Source: Felis catus (Eukaryota). Taken from it: a stretch of DNA of 60,000 nucleotides. The DNA is taken from positions 8,000,001-8,060,000 of the forward strand of contig NC_058383.1 of assembly GCF_018350175.1 (NCBI RefSeq), in the 5' to 3' direction. Every line of letters begins with the position of its first letter. Position 1 is the first letter of the stretch. The notes beneath the pieces were generated by a model that saw only the letters and a list, made by a program, of their open reading frames with translations, ran no database searches and was not told the origin of the DNA. This document shows, one piece after another, positions 47,947 through 60,000 of the stretch. The position numbers and the translations under genes are program-made.

Positions 47947-48375
47947 GTAAGAGAAAAAAAACTCCATCTCCTCCTGAGGTTAAAGCGAAGAACACCCCTC
48001 CCATAAAATGTTCTCTGTCCACGATCCTCACTTTTCCTCTTTTTCCCCCTGGAGAACTGCAGACCTGAGTTGACGGAAGGTGGCCAGGCCACACCGTCAA
48101 CCCCACCACACAGAAACAGGGGCTTCGACTCTCCGTCCCTCTCCATCAGGACGCCCAGCCCACTTCTGGAAAGGGGCTTTTCACGCCGGCTCGCTCGATA
48201 AAATTCACGGTTGAGAAAGCTTTAGGAGAGAATTAAGAGCATTATGCAAATCAAAGGCGTTATTACAATTTAGTCTTTTGGCCTCCTGAAGGGAAGGGAG
48301 ATACGCTACAGGGTGCTGCCAGGGGTTCCCCAAAGTCCCACTGGTGGAAATGCACTTAAGGCTCCCTGGGGCTGA

Positions 48376-48552
48376 TCATGATCTCACGGTTCGTGGGTTC
48401 TGGCCCCACGTCGGGCTCTGTGCTGACAGCTCGGAGCCTGGAGCCTGCTTCGGATTCTGTGTCTCCCTCTCTCTCTCTGCCCCTCCCCAGCACGGGCTCT
48501 GTGTCTCTCTTTCTCAAAAATAAATAAACTTTAAAAAAATTAAAAAAAAAAA
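48376..48552 (+). mobile_element. 5'-truncated Can-SINE in SERPINE1 intron 1
   Basis: Starts at TCATGATCTC (no A-box head); TSD CTCCCTGGGGCTGA on both sides. Confidence 0.92.
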
Positions 48553-48736
48553 AGACTCCCTGGGGCTGAGACGAGGGGAAAGGCTCAGAATCGGAGCCCA
48601 TCAGGGTTTCTTAAGGACTCCTGTCCTCGTGTTTAGGTATCACCTGCCAGTGGTGAACCCGAGGAGCCTGGCCTGTGATTGGGGTGCCGCTTTCCAGAAC
48701 TCTCCTCTCACCAGATCCTTTTCCGCTTGCTCTAGG

Positions 48737-49007
48737 ATGCGGATGTCTCCAGTCTTCGCCTGCCTAGCCCTGGGCCTGGCCCTCGTCTTTGGTGAAGGGT
48801 CGGCCTCCTACCACCGCCAGACTCAGGCGGCCCGACTGACCACAGACTTTGGAGTGAAGGTGTTTCAGCAGGTGGCATGGGCCTCCAAGGACCGCAACAT
48901 GGTTTTCTCACCTTACGGGGTGGCCTCGGTCCTGGCCATGTTGCAGCTGACGACAGGGGGAGAGACTCGGCAGCAGATCCAAGCAGCCATGCAGTTCCAG
49001 ATTGATG
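48737..49007 (+). CDS. SERPINE1: PAI-1 exon 2 (signal peptide and N-terminus), 271 nt coding
   Basis: [30 protein letters not shown]...[15 protein letters not shown]...; donor G|GTGAG. Confidence 0.97.
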
Positions 49008-49184
49008 GTGAGAGACAGGGCAGAGCAGGGGGCGGGCACTCACACTGTCTTCACGGGACAGGGGTGTAAGCAACCAGAAGCAGAAGGCGGGCGGACGCCA
49101 GCTGAGCCGAGCCAGCTCCTATGCGGCCATGTCACGGGGCATCTTTACTGGGCTCTGGGTCAGTCACAAGGGGCACAGGCCAGG

Positions 49185-49350
49185 GGATGTGGTGTAAAAC
49201 AGGTGTGCCTCACCACTTACTACCTTAACACCTCTGGACCTCAGCTTCCACATCTGCAAAATGGGGACGATAAAACTATCTACCACATAGAGCTGCCGTG
49301 AGGATTAAATAGGATTATACATGTGAATGCTTAGCACAGCTAGTCTTACG
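49185..49350 (+). mobile_element. MIR fragment in intron 2
   Basis: CTCTGGACCTCAGCTTCCACATCTGCAAAATGGGG...GTGAGGATTAAAT...GCTTAGCACAG. Confidence 0.8.
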
Positions 49351-49580
49351 GTAAGAAAAAACTTAGGGTTCGTCAAAAGCAGAGAAAAGTATTCTAACCC
49401 AAAAAGGGGTTAGGGCCTGAGATTTTTGAGGAGAAGAGAGAGATGCCGAAGAGATTAAGGTCTGGAAGGGAATCTCCCTCCAGAGACCCCTGGGGGAACA
49501 GAAGAGCCCCATCCACATGCGCAACGTTGGGCCTCTCCTGGGGGAAGTTGGCCCGGCTGGGGGCCCTCGGCTCAACATAA

Positions 49581-49955
<375 letters not shown>

Positions 49956-50355
49956 TAGACAGGGCAGGTGCTGTAAGAATCAGAGCGTCTTAGTTTTCAA
50001 AGTAGGCCCTCTCACGAACCGACTCTAAGGGCCTCCCTAACGTGCCGTGAGATGTCATGACAACAGCAATAACCACAAGAAACACACACAGCTCCTCCAC
50101 ACTGCTGCTGGGGGAGCAAAGTAAGGCAAGACTTAAGTGTCCGGGTCTGATCCTGGGCAGGATCCCAGCGCCAGAGCATGCGATGAGCGGGAAGCTTTCC
50201 TGAGACTCTTAGGAAGATGAACAGGTTGAACACAGCTAGACTGGCTCACTTACACCCCCGTCTGCCTCCTGACCGGATCCCCTCAAAGGACTGAAGGGAA
50301 CAATCTAAAAGGGTCAAAACATATTTAGCCTCCTGCTCACCTGGCTTTCCCGTAG

Positions 50356-50550
50356 GCATGATTGGCGACTTACTGGGCGAAGGGGCCGTGAACCAGCTGA
50401 CGCGCCTGATGCTGGTGAATGCCCTCTACTTCAATGGCCAGTGGAAGACGCCCTTCCCAGAGTCAGGCACCCACCACCGCCTCTTCCACAAATCTGATGG
50501 CAGCACCGTTTCTGTGCCCATGATGGCTCAGACCAATAAGTTCAACTACA
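50356..50550 (+). CDS. SERPINE1: PAI-1 exon 4, 195 nt
   Basis: GMIGDLL...[15 protein letters not shown]...[16 protein letters not shown]. Confidence 0.97.
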
Positions 50551-50732
50551 GTGAGTACAAAACCCTTTCCCCAAGTCCCACAGCTACCGCATCTCTTCCC
50601 CGGGGTGCTCCCCTCTCAGGGAGGAGAACCCCTCGAATATAGCTCATCTTTGACAAAGAATCCCCAGGTAGGAGCTACTGGGATAACTGGAGCAGCAGAA
50701 AGTAGCTTTATATCACGCAAGATGAGAGTGCA

Positions 50733-50950
50733 GGGTGCCTGGGTGGCTCAGTCAGTTAAGTATCCAACTTTGGCTCAGGTCATGATCTCCCAGTTGGCGA
50801 GTTCGAGCTCTGCATCACGCTCTTTGCTGTCAGCTCGGAGCCTGGAGTCTGCTTCGGATTCTGTTTCCTCTCTCTCCCCCTCCCCCGCTTGAGCTCTGTC
50901 TCTCTCTGTCTCTCAAAATTAAATAAAAACACCAAAAAAAAAAAAAAAAG
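50733..50950 (+). mobile_element. Can-SINE in intron 4
   Basis: Head, body and poly-A. Confidence 0.92.
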
Positions 50951-51198
50951 TCCAGAAAGTCCCTCCAGCCCCAAATATGACCACATGACCCACGTGTTTC
51001 TAGGTGATCACCAGGGGCTCACAGATCCTGCTGGGGGAAGGCCTATGTGGAAGTTGAGATGAAGGAGACGCTGGGATAAATCAGTGGCTGGGTGTGGGGG
51101 AGAGGGGGGTAAAGGCAAAGAAGGCCAAAAGGAGACAGTATCAGAAGATGCTGAATTGGCAGAAGAGGAGGGAAATGGGGATAAAAAACACTGACTAG

Positions 51199-51534
<336 letters not shown>

Positions 51535-52536
51535 TAAGTCACCCCTTGCTCGCACCACACTTGCCAATGCTCTAATCCTCTCTATCTACCCCTCCCCTCC
51601 CCCAAGGCTCCCTGAAGGGACCACCCCCATGTTTCCCAAGTATGACATTTGCAGGGCAGGGACATGTGTGGGAAGCTGATGGGAAACACTCTGGCCTGGG
51701 TTTGATTAAGATTCCTCTCCTCATCTCTGCTCCTGTTTCTGCTGGAGGGCAGAGGGCAGCGGGGAATTTTCCTAGACCTTGCCCCCACACTCCCCACCCT
51801 CAGAATATCCAGCAAAAGCCAACCAAAAGAAGAGCCAGAAAAATGAGGGGGAGGGGAGGGGGATGGATCAGCCTTTGAGATGACCCTCTCCCACCCCCAT
51901 CTGCTCAAATCAACATCCAAACAAGAGACAAAAGGAGACAAAGCAGCCAGAACTACAGCTTCTAGCTGGCTTCCAACAAAGCAGATTAAAAAAATCCTTC
52001 TGCAGGAGTACAGAGGGTGGAGAAGGCTGAGACTGGGTAATTCCAGAATTGCAAGGAAGCCTCCCACCACACCTACCCCGAAGTTCCAGCTGTTATAATG
52101 CCATGCTTGGGGAAAGAGGAAGGTTCAGTTGTTTAGGGTGCCCTTGTGTTCTCTACCCCCACCCACCCCCACGTGTAGAAAACGAGAACCGAGGTGACTC
52201 GGGCCCTGATGGGAAGCAGAGGTGCCCCAAAACCTCTCTGCTGGAGTCCTCTTCAGAATTCGCTCCCAGAAACACAATCTACAGACCAGATTTTTGTTCA
52301 AATATCTTGCAGGAGGATGTGCCCTTTGCCAGCGCCCCCCTCAAGATTCCAGGGGGTGAGGGTAGGGGTTGTTCATTTACATTACACCTGACGCACAGAT
52401 GTGAAAAAACCAAGCCTCCCTCCTCCGCTTTCACACCTATCCCCATCCCGTCAGCTGAGGGGGATACGTGGACAGGGCCTGGCAGAGGCAACAAGGGGCG
52501 GCCTGAGCTCGAGCTATTTCCCCCTCCTGTTTACAG

Positions 52537-52637
52537 GTTCTCCCTGGAAAGTGAAGTCAACCTCCGGAGACCCCTGGAGAACTTGGGGATGACTGACATG
52601 TTTAAGCCAAACCAGGCGGACTTCTCGAGTCTCTCAG
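52537..52637 (+). CDS. SERPINE1: PAI-1 exon 6, 101 nt
   Basis: [37 protein letters not shown]. Confidence 0.97.
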
Positions 52638-52756
52638 GTAAGAGATTTTCCTTCCACCTCCTCCTTATGCTGGTGGACTGGGGGGCCCCCCGAGAGGACA
52701 AAGGAGTGTATCTCTGAGAACCCCAGCTGATCCACACTCGGATCCGCTTGTTTCAG

Positions 52757-52843
52757 ATGAAGAGGCACTGTACGTGTCACAGGCGCTGCAAAAAGTCAAG
52801 ATCGAGGTGAATGAGAGCGGCACGGTGGCGTCCTCCTCCACAG
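52757..52843 (+). CDS. SERPINE1: PAI-1 exon 7, 87 nt
   Basis: [29 protein letters not shown] (serpin hinge); AG/GT. Confidence 0.97.
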
Positions 52844-53401
52844 GTGAGTCAGGCTCAGGTGAGGCCTGGTGAGCGTCCCCCCAGGACTTCCAAGGAGGGG
52901 CCCACGTCTGGGAGGAACCCCACGGCCCTGCTTCACCAGCCTCTCCTCGAAGAGGGGCACCCCCCACACCAGGTGCTCAGGGCATCACCCTTATCCCCCC
53001 AGAGTTTCTTAGCCTGCTGTAGGCCCACTTTTCCTGGGATCCCGGTCCCCCACCCAATGGCTCCTGAGGCCCCGTGAAGGTGAAAAGGCCCCTCAAAGGA
53101 AGCCTTGGCTTTGTGCTCATGGTGGCCAGTCGGCTTAAGGAACTTGCTTATCAACATTCTAAAAAGGGTTACACAAATAGCTGTTGGTGAGTAGCTGGTA
53201 AATCTCTCTGAAATGCCTGGAGGCAGCCAGTCCTCAGAGAACTTCCCTAAACTGTTAAAAGTTTGTGATGGGAAGAACAACTAAGCCTCCTAGTCGCCCT
53301 CCAATGCTGCCATCAGAAGGCTGGTGTCAATGGATCACTTATGATCAATCCAGGCACCAGTGCCCAGTCCCTCTGTTCTAACATTGTTTCCTCTCTCTCA
53401 G

Positions 53402-53485
53402 CCATTATTGTATCAGCCCGAATGGCCCCCGAGGAGATCATCATGGACAGACCCTTCCTCTTCGTGGTTCGGCACAACCCCACAG
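53402..53485 (+). CDS. SERPINE1: PAI-1 exon 8, 84 nt, reactive centre Arg-Met (53419-53424)
   Basis: [32 protein letters not shown]. Confidence 0.97.
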
Positions 53486-53797
53486 GTGAGCCGGGGCGGG
53501 GAGGCTCCACTGCCCCCTGCCCCCGCGTCTCTTCGCCTCAGACACCAGTCCAGACAGGTGTAGACGCTCCCTCCTGCCCCAGTCCATAACTCTGCCCCTC
53601 CTCCTCCCTTCAGGGATGACGCTCTGTCACAAATTGAGCACCGTGCCAGGACCCCAGCCCTAGCTTAGTCACTCCAAAAGCTGGGACTCCAGACAGCTCA
53701 CTCGCGTTCTCACATCTCAGCTCATCCATAAACATGGGGCTGGGCGAGCCATGCCATTTCTCCCCGTTCTCATCTCCTACGATTCTTCCATTCTCAG

Positions 53798-53835
53798 GAA
53801 CAGTCCTCTTCATGGGCCAAGTGATGGAACCCTGA
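53798..53835 (+). CDS. SERPINE1: PAI-1 exon 9 coding part, 38 nt; exons sum to 1209 nt = 402 aa plus stop
   Basis: GTVLFMGQVMEP then TGA. Confidence 0.97.
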
Positions 53836-55545
53836 CCACGAGGGTGAAGCAGTCCTCATCTGTGACAGAACTGGAGATGTAGCCAAGAAGAAAGAACTCC
53901 AAAGGAAGAAAACTTTTATTTTAATTAATTTTTCTGGAGAAAGAGAAGGCCTTTGCCTTCAAAAAAAAAAAAAATGGTAAATCTTTCAAATCTGCCTCTT
54001 AGACCTCAGCCTCTCCCAGGAATGGAGAAGAGGACCTTTCAGGAAAACTCCCTCGTGGAGCCCCCCGGGGAGACCGCCAACGCTCAGCTGAGTCTCCAAA
54101 GCAGACTGTAAAACATGCACAGGCACACGCACAGCTGCTTCTGCCCATCGCTCTGCCCATCCGGGTCTTCAGACCTGGACCCCACCGAGACCCTGGCAGG
54201 ATGGCACCAGAAGGCTTTACGGGGGCTTTTGTGCGCTTGGTAGACACTATTTGCGTTCCAGTCACGTTGCTGTCACTCTTGCACTGTCTGCCACTGCTGA
54301 GGAGGCTGGCGGCGGGCCAAAGAAGGCCAGTGGAAGAGACACCCTTTCATCTCAAGGCCTGTGCTCCCTGGCTCGGCGGTCCTGCACACGGACAGAGCAC
54401 CTGCCCGCCTCCCTGCGGAGACCCCCTCCGACCTGGCCGGCTCCCTCCCAGAAACAGTGTGCATGTATTATTTTGGAGTGTAGGTGACTTGTTTACTCAT
54501 AGAAGCAGGTTTCTGCTTCCCACAAACTTTATTTTGCAGGAATGGGGGGGGGTGGGGGGGTGGGGAGAGTGGGATGTGTGCCTGGCTCTCGGCCCTCATC
54601 TGGTGGGGAGGGTGGGATGCCGGGGTGTGCCTAGTATTTATCACAGCCTTGTCCACATGTGCTTGTTAAAGAGAAAGAGGACTCTCAAGAGAAACGTATA
54701 ATCTGAACTAGCTAGTAGTGTTCCTCGGTGGTCTTGGTCATTGCATCTCAGGAGTCTGGCCACTTGACTGGCCACCCTGCTGGGTGGCCAGCATGGTGGG
54801 GCCCACACTGCCACCTTGTGGCTGCCCGAGCCTTCTTTTCCTCGCCCTTCTCCACTCGAGGGCTGAGACACCCCCCCGCAAGATGATCTAACTTCAGCCC
54901 ACTTTAGGGACCAAAAGGATGTGGCGGGTAAGAGAGATCGGAGTGAGGACAGAGTGGTTTCAAAATTTTCCAATATATTTAGGAACACGAGAGCAAGGGG
55001 CTGCACGACCTAGAAGGACAGAACTTTCCCCAATTACAGGGTGATTCATAGCCGCATTGGTGACTCACTTCAACGTGTCATTTCCGGCTGCTGTGTGTGA
55101 GCAGTGGACACGTGAGAGAGGGAGAGGGAGAGAGAGAGAGACTGAGAAAGAGGAGGGAGAGGAGAGAGAATGAGAGAGACCATGAGCCTGGACTCAACTA
55201 CCCCAGCTAGGTAATCTTTCTGAAAACCAACGAGCTAGGGGGCATGACATCAAGACCGATTCATCGAAGAATTGCACATAGATGTCGAACGAATGAATGT
55301 GAGCCAGTAGGACCCTAATCATCCCACCGTGCTCCTCAGTGAAAAATCTTTGTTCTTTGTGTGTCTGTTTGTTTGTTTCTCATCATGCACTGGAGAGTGA
55401 CAGCCGCACACAGTACCCGTAAGGATACCCCAATGCGGGGTCCAACATTCTTGAAACTGTTGAATTACATGCTTTTTCACTTTTGATATATAAACAAGTA
55501 AAATATTTTTTAAAAATAATAAATAATTAAAAATAGTCCGAAAGA
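53836..55545 (+). other. SERPINE1: SERPINE1 3' UTR (~1.7 kb) with seed matches for miR-145 (53869), miR-130/301 (54279), miR-143 (54347), miR-30 (54490) and miR-34 (54806)
   Basis: AACTGGA, TTGCACT, TCATCTCA, TGTTTAC and CACTGCCA read directly; end approximate. Confidence 0.8.
55518..55523 (+). terminator. SERPINE1: SERPINE1 poly(A) signal
   Basis: AATAAA in an AU-rich block; first canonical hexamer I found after the stop codon. Confidence 0.85.
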
Positions 55546-56534
55546 GTCCCTGCCTTTATTTCCAACATTTTGCACAGTGCCAAGTCAAAAGCTCATCAGT
55601 GCACAGCCCTTCTCCAGTAAAGGGGAGCTTTACGAAACACACACCCACAAGCCCAAGGCACGAAGACCTGCCACAGGGAAGTCCACAGGGTGGACCACCG
55701 GGGCTGCACAAGACCCAAGGGACATGGTGTGCAGGGCATAATTCCACACCCCCCACACTGGGTGCCACCGTCAAAAGGGAAAGAGGGGTCCCCCGAACAC
55801 CTGTCACCTCATACCTTCCCTGACAGGCCTGCTCATGCCCACTGCCCCTGGGAGTTCCCATCTCTGTTCATGCCATCTCCTTCCCCGCCAAATGCCCCAC
55901 CCTGCACCTGCCCCACTCCCCACTTCTCAAAACCCAGAGTCTGTTTCCTTCGCCTGGCACTCCCCATGGGTTGGGTAATAAGAACATCTTCAAATGGCAC
56001 AAAAACAGCCAAAAGTGATCATTCTGCCTGGTTAGAATCTTACCCGTTCTCAAGCTTAAATAAGCCCACTACCATGGATAAAGATAGATTTCAGGCCTTG
56101 AACTAAAGGAACCTTCACGTTACAACTTTCTCTAAATTGTGTTAGACTTCCTTGGAGCAGTTTTAGATCATGACATAAATTCAGGAGGGGCATCTGTTTA
56201 CTGCTCGCCCTCACTCACTCGACCTGTGCGAAAGGCCTTCCCACTGCCCCCGCCATTCCTGTGTCCCTCTCGAGGGACAGTCAGGGACCTTCTTGGAAGC
56301 CTCCAACATGGTGCACTAATGTGTTCCAGGTGGGTGCCGATGTCTGGCATCTTCTCTTTATGGATTCATCTCTTTGGATTCATCTTTTTTCAGGCCTTCT
56401 CTTCCCTCATGAGGGTCTATATAGTAAGAGGGGTCCTAAAGCCCAATCCAACCTGGAAGGAAAGTCTTCCTCTCTCCTTAGAAAGCCAAAGGATTAACTT
56501 TACTGGAATTAAAATTTTAAACTTAATGGAAAGA

Positions 56535-56591
56535 AGGAAGGAAGGAAGGAAGGAAGGAAGGAAGGAAGGAAGGAAGGAAGGAAGGAAGGAA
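56535..56591. repeat. (GGAA)n microsatellite, about 14 units
   Basis: Direct reading. Confidence 0.95.
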
Positions 56592-58767
56592 ATGGGAACC
56601 AGAGCAAGACCCAGAAGAAAGGAGTAGAACGCATAGCCCACTAAAGCCCACTCTCAGCTTTAGAGAGATGCTCTCAATCTCAATGAGTGCTTCCTCTTCC
56701 CTTTCCAAATCTCTGGCAACCCCTGTAGGACCAAGATATGGTCACAGAACTAGAGAAAAGGGGCCATAGAGGCGACTTTGGCCTGCTTCTAGCTGGCTCA
56801 GACCAGGGCTACCCAAACTAGACACGGCCTAATCCAGTTCACGAGATCACTGAGATTTGTAGCCAAAACTTCAGCTGGTACTAAAGTATTCCTCTTCCGG
56901 CAAGAATACTCCCTTCCGCTCACACCGGTCTCCCTTTCAGCTTGTAGTAGGTAGCTGGGGTCATGAAGGCAACGGTCCAAGAATTCAGGGATACAGGGAC
57001 TCAGACAGATCTTGTGTCCTCCTTACACCCAGTTCCAGGTACTGGGCTAGTTGTTGAGGATTTTACCTATCTGTAACAGATTTGCTTAGAAACCACAAGA
57101 GCCTCAAAAACCATAACAAGTTAGCCTGATTTGACAGTGGGCAGTTCAGAAACCATCCATACATGCTGAGAGGTCTCAGAAGAAAAGGGTTCATCAGAAG
57201 GCCTCACCCCCGCAGAGAGAGTTTGCTCCAGGAAGTGCCCCATTTAGCGGTGCCCTCTGCTTTTCTTGGATATTTTGAGCACAGAGATGACGATGTAGCC
57301 TCACAGTGGAAAGCCTGCCTGGTCCTGCTTGGCTCCGCCCGGGCCCCCTCCTTACCCTTCCAAATTTCTCTTCCTCTATTTCTTTAGAAATGAAAAACCA
57401 ACCAGATCTGCTTCCAGCCATCATTACATTTCTCATAAGCCTCACGCAGTGGGATTATTTATCTGCCCACGTGTGGGCAAAGGGTATGACTCATTCTGTA
57501 AATCCCTCAATGGTAAAAAAATATTCCATCAGAATGAAACTTGTCAAGGAGACACCATCTGTTTTCCAAGCCGCTTTCCTTGAGGTGGTTCCTCAAGTAA
57601 ATTTTGGGGTGAGAGTAGCAAAACTACTTAGGCTGTGGCATTTGTGAACACGGGTCTCACGTGCCAGTCACCAGAGGGTCCTGCGCTCACACCTCTGCCT
57701 TGCAGCCAGCACACCGGCGTCCTACCACCACATGGCCTTTTATCCCTTAGCCACCAGGTGTCGCTTTGACTCCAGTGGAAAGCTCTTCTTGAAGCAAAGC
57801 AGCTGTGGCTTCTCCCAAAATCTTCCTGAGGTTGAACCCCATTCAATCAAACAAGTATTTATTTAAAAGCTTAACTTGATAGGGGTGCTGTGAAGCACGT
57901 TTTGCAAAGTGTAAGTGGTCTTTCTAACTATCCAGTACCTAAGGAGAATAGACACTAAAAAGCTGCAATGCTACGTGAGTCACTTCAAAAAGGGCTGAAG
58001 GGAACACTGTCGAAATGATCACTAGAGTCTACACCAGACTGTGAGGCTTACTTGGGAGTGGGGCGTTTGCTGGAAACTTACAAGATGGAGAAGACGGATT
58101 TGGGTCTGTGGGGCAGAACTGTAGGGCATCTGAGAAAACGCTGTGGACAAAATGACAAAGGAAAAATAATAACAAGGCACATTCAAGGGACACACCTGAG
58201 GAGGAAGTCCCAAGTCACCTTGAGACTGCTCCTCCCTCCTCTGATAACCCAGCCAGTAAGTCTCCCCCTCTCCTGATCTAGTCAGGCAAGTCTGGACTAT
58301 GTCCCTTGAATCAGCCATGCTTTCTTGTTATCCTTCACGTCCCAGGCTCATAGTCTGCAAGTCTAGGAAAAGGCAGTGACATTGACCATGGCGGGAAACC
58401 AAAAGATGGGATGGTTTCAGGGGAAGGCGAAGGTTTTATCAAGTGAATTTTGAGACGACATTGGGATTTCCAAATGGGGGATCCAGGATACGCTTATTCT
58501 ACTAATGTTGGGTATCTGCTGCCGTATGTCAGGCATTGTGCCAGGCACAGTAGAAACACCAAAAGACAGTTCATCCTCTAGCAGAAATAATACATGTTGA
58601 ATATGCTACCCACCATACACAAAATTAGAGTTTAGAATAGTTTGGATTAGAAGAGTTAAATATCTAGATTTGATAACCATGAATACCAATCATAATTGAA
58701 GCCAGTCAACAAGCACTATGTTTGACGCTGTGAAGAAACAGAAGATGAATAAGATGCCATCCCTGAA

Positions 58768-58901
58768 GGGAGCGCCTGGGTGGCTCAGTCAGTTAAGCAT
58801 CTGACTCTCAATTCTGCCTCAGGTCATGATCTCACAGTTGTGGGTCTGAACCCTGGATCGGGCTCTGTGCTGACAGCATGGAACCTGCTTAGGATTCTCT
58901 G

Positions 58902-58943
<42 letters not shown>

Positions 58944-59003
58944 CCTCTCTCTCTCTGCCCCTCCTCTGCTCATGCTCTAAGTAAATAAATAAACATAAAA
59001 AAA
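58768..59003 (+). mobile_element. Can-SINE
   Basis: Degenerate TSD AAGAT(G/A)CCATC(C/T)CTGAA. Confidence 0.92.
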
Positions 59004-59104
59004 AAGATACCATCTCTGAAGGAGACAATCCAGCTGAAGAGACAAGGCCAACTCACACGTGCAGCCAAGGGACAACACGGCATGCTTACCGAGAGTACCA
59101 GGCA

Positions 59105-59760
59105 AGGTTCTTAGCTACCAGGGACAGAAACCAACTCTAGCTAAGGGAAGCACCAGAGGAAACTGGGGAGCTCAGGGAATTTCCAGGAGGGCCAGAGAAC
59201 CAGAGGAAGGTCTCACACTAGAGGTAGCGCCCCAAATCACACTGGTGACTCTGCCCTATAACCTTCACTGGGCCCCGGACACTGCCATTGGTGCCACTGT
59301 ACTGGCACCCTAGGTTTTGACCCTCTGCCCTTCTACCAGAGTCTTATATCCCCTCCATCACCTCATTCCTTCCTGGACCAAAGTCCGGACACATGCACAG
59401 ATTGGTCGAGTCCAGCAGACATGCCAATGCTCTGGGCACGAAGAAGGCTGCAAAAGTGAAAGTCAGGAAACTTCTCTCTTTTTAAAAATGTTTATTTATT
59501 TATTTTGAGAGACAGAGTGAAAGCAGGGGAGGGCAGAGAGAGGCAGGGAGATACAGAATCTGAAACAGGCTCCAGGCTCTGAGCTGTCAGCATAGAACCC
59601 AACTTGGGGCTCGAACTCCCAAACCACGAGATCATGACCTGAGCTGAAGTTGGACGCTTGACTGACTGAACCGCCCAAACACCCCAGGAAACTTCTAATG
59701 TTTCACTGGGAGGTTGTTCTGTCTCACCCTAGACTCATAAGGTGGGATTCCCAAACCCTA
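59105..59760. mobile_element. Possible old MaLR (MLT1-like) LTR, interrupted by a SINE
   Basis: TTCTTAGCTACCAGGGACAGAAACCAACTCTAGCTAA resembles an MLT1 terminus. Confidence 0.4.
59478..59685 (-). mobile_element. Can-SINE
   Basis: Antisense; TSD CAGGAAACTTCT. Confidence 0.92.
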
Positions 59761-59875
59761 CGACATGGGGTTGGAGCCTGGGAAGTGAAAAGAAGGGCAA
59801 ACATCCACCACAGAAGATATTCTAATTGTCCAAACTGTTAGGAACAGCATATAGTAAGGTCCTGATTGCTCAGTT

Positions 59876-59930
59876 AAAAAGAAGAAGAAGAAAGAAGAAA
59901 GAAGAAAGAAGAAAGAAGAAGAAGAAGAAG
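59876..59930. repeat. (GAA/GAAA)n simple repeat
   Basis: Direct reading. Confidence 0.9.
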
Positions 59931-60000
59931 TTGTTGAAAAAACAATGATGACTACAAATAACATCATCTGGGAACTATGGACTACTTAAAGAATGTGCAA

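Noticed and set aside
47493..48068. ORFs across the SERPINE1 promoter and the TRIM56 CpG island
   Set aside because: GC-rich, stop-poor regulatory DNA with no coding signature
52049..52717. 222-aa ORF running through intron 5 into exon 6
   Set aside because: Non-ATG start, chance open frame; exon 6 has a normal acceptor at 52536
57207..57381. Two further in-frame minus-strand segments upstream of candidate exon A
   Set aside because: They would need 56-nt and 42-nt introns and a GAG acceptor, implausible for mammalian splicing

Overview
Eukaryotic DNA from a cat-family (felid) genome, judged from abundant carnivore tRNA-derived SINEs (Can-SINE/SINEC_Fc type) and a young carnivore L1. The first ~20 kb is AT-rich and almost entirely nested transposon debris (ERV1 remnant, L2, old L1M, hAT MITEs, a solo LTR, many SINEs, one young 5'-truncated L1). 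A CpG-island promoter at ~21.7-22.1 kb precedes TRIM56 (single coding exon 23078-25390, 770 aa, two inferred non-coding 5' exons). A GC-rich intergenic stretch with AP-1/ARE/CRE/TEAD motif clusters leads to a complete 9-exon SERPINE1 (PAI-1) gene (TATA 47786, 402-aa CDS, poly(A) signal 55518). The TRIM56-SERPINE1 order matches human 7q22. The most speculative novel signal is a phase-compatible chain of four minus-strand exon-like segments just downstream of SERPINE1 (57165-56390, 74 aa), with a minus-strand AATAAA facing the SERPINE1 one. It may be an unannotated or decayed convergent gene, or chance. Repeat subfamily names and all comparisons with human sequence are from memory, not from a search.
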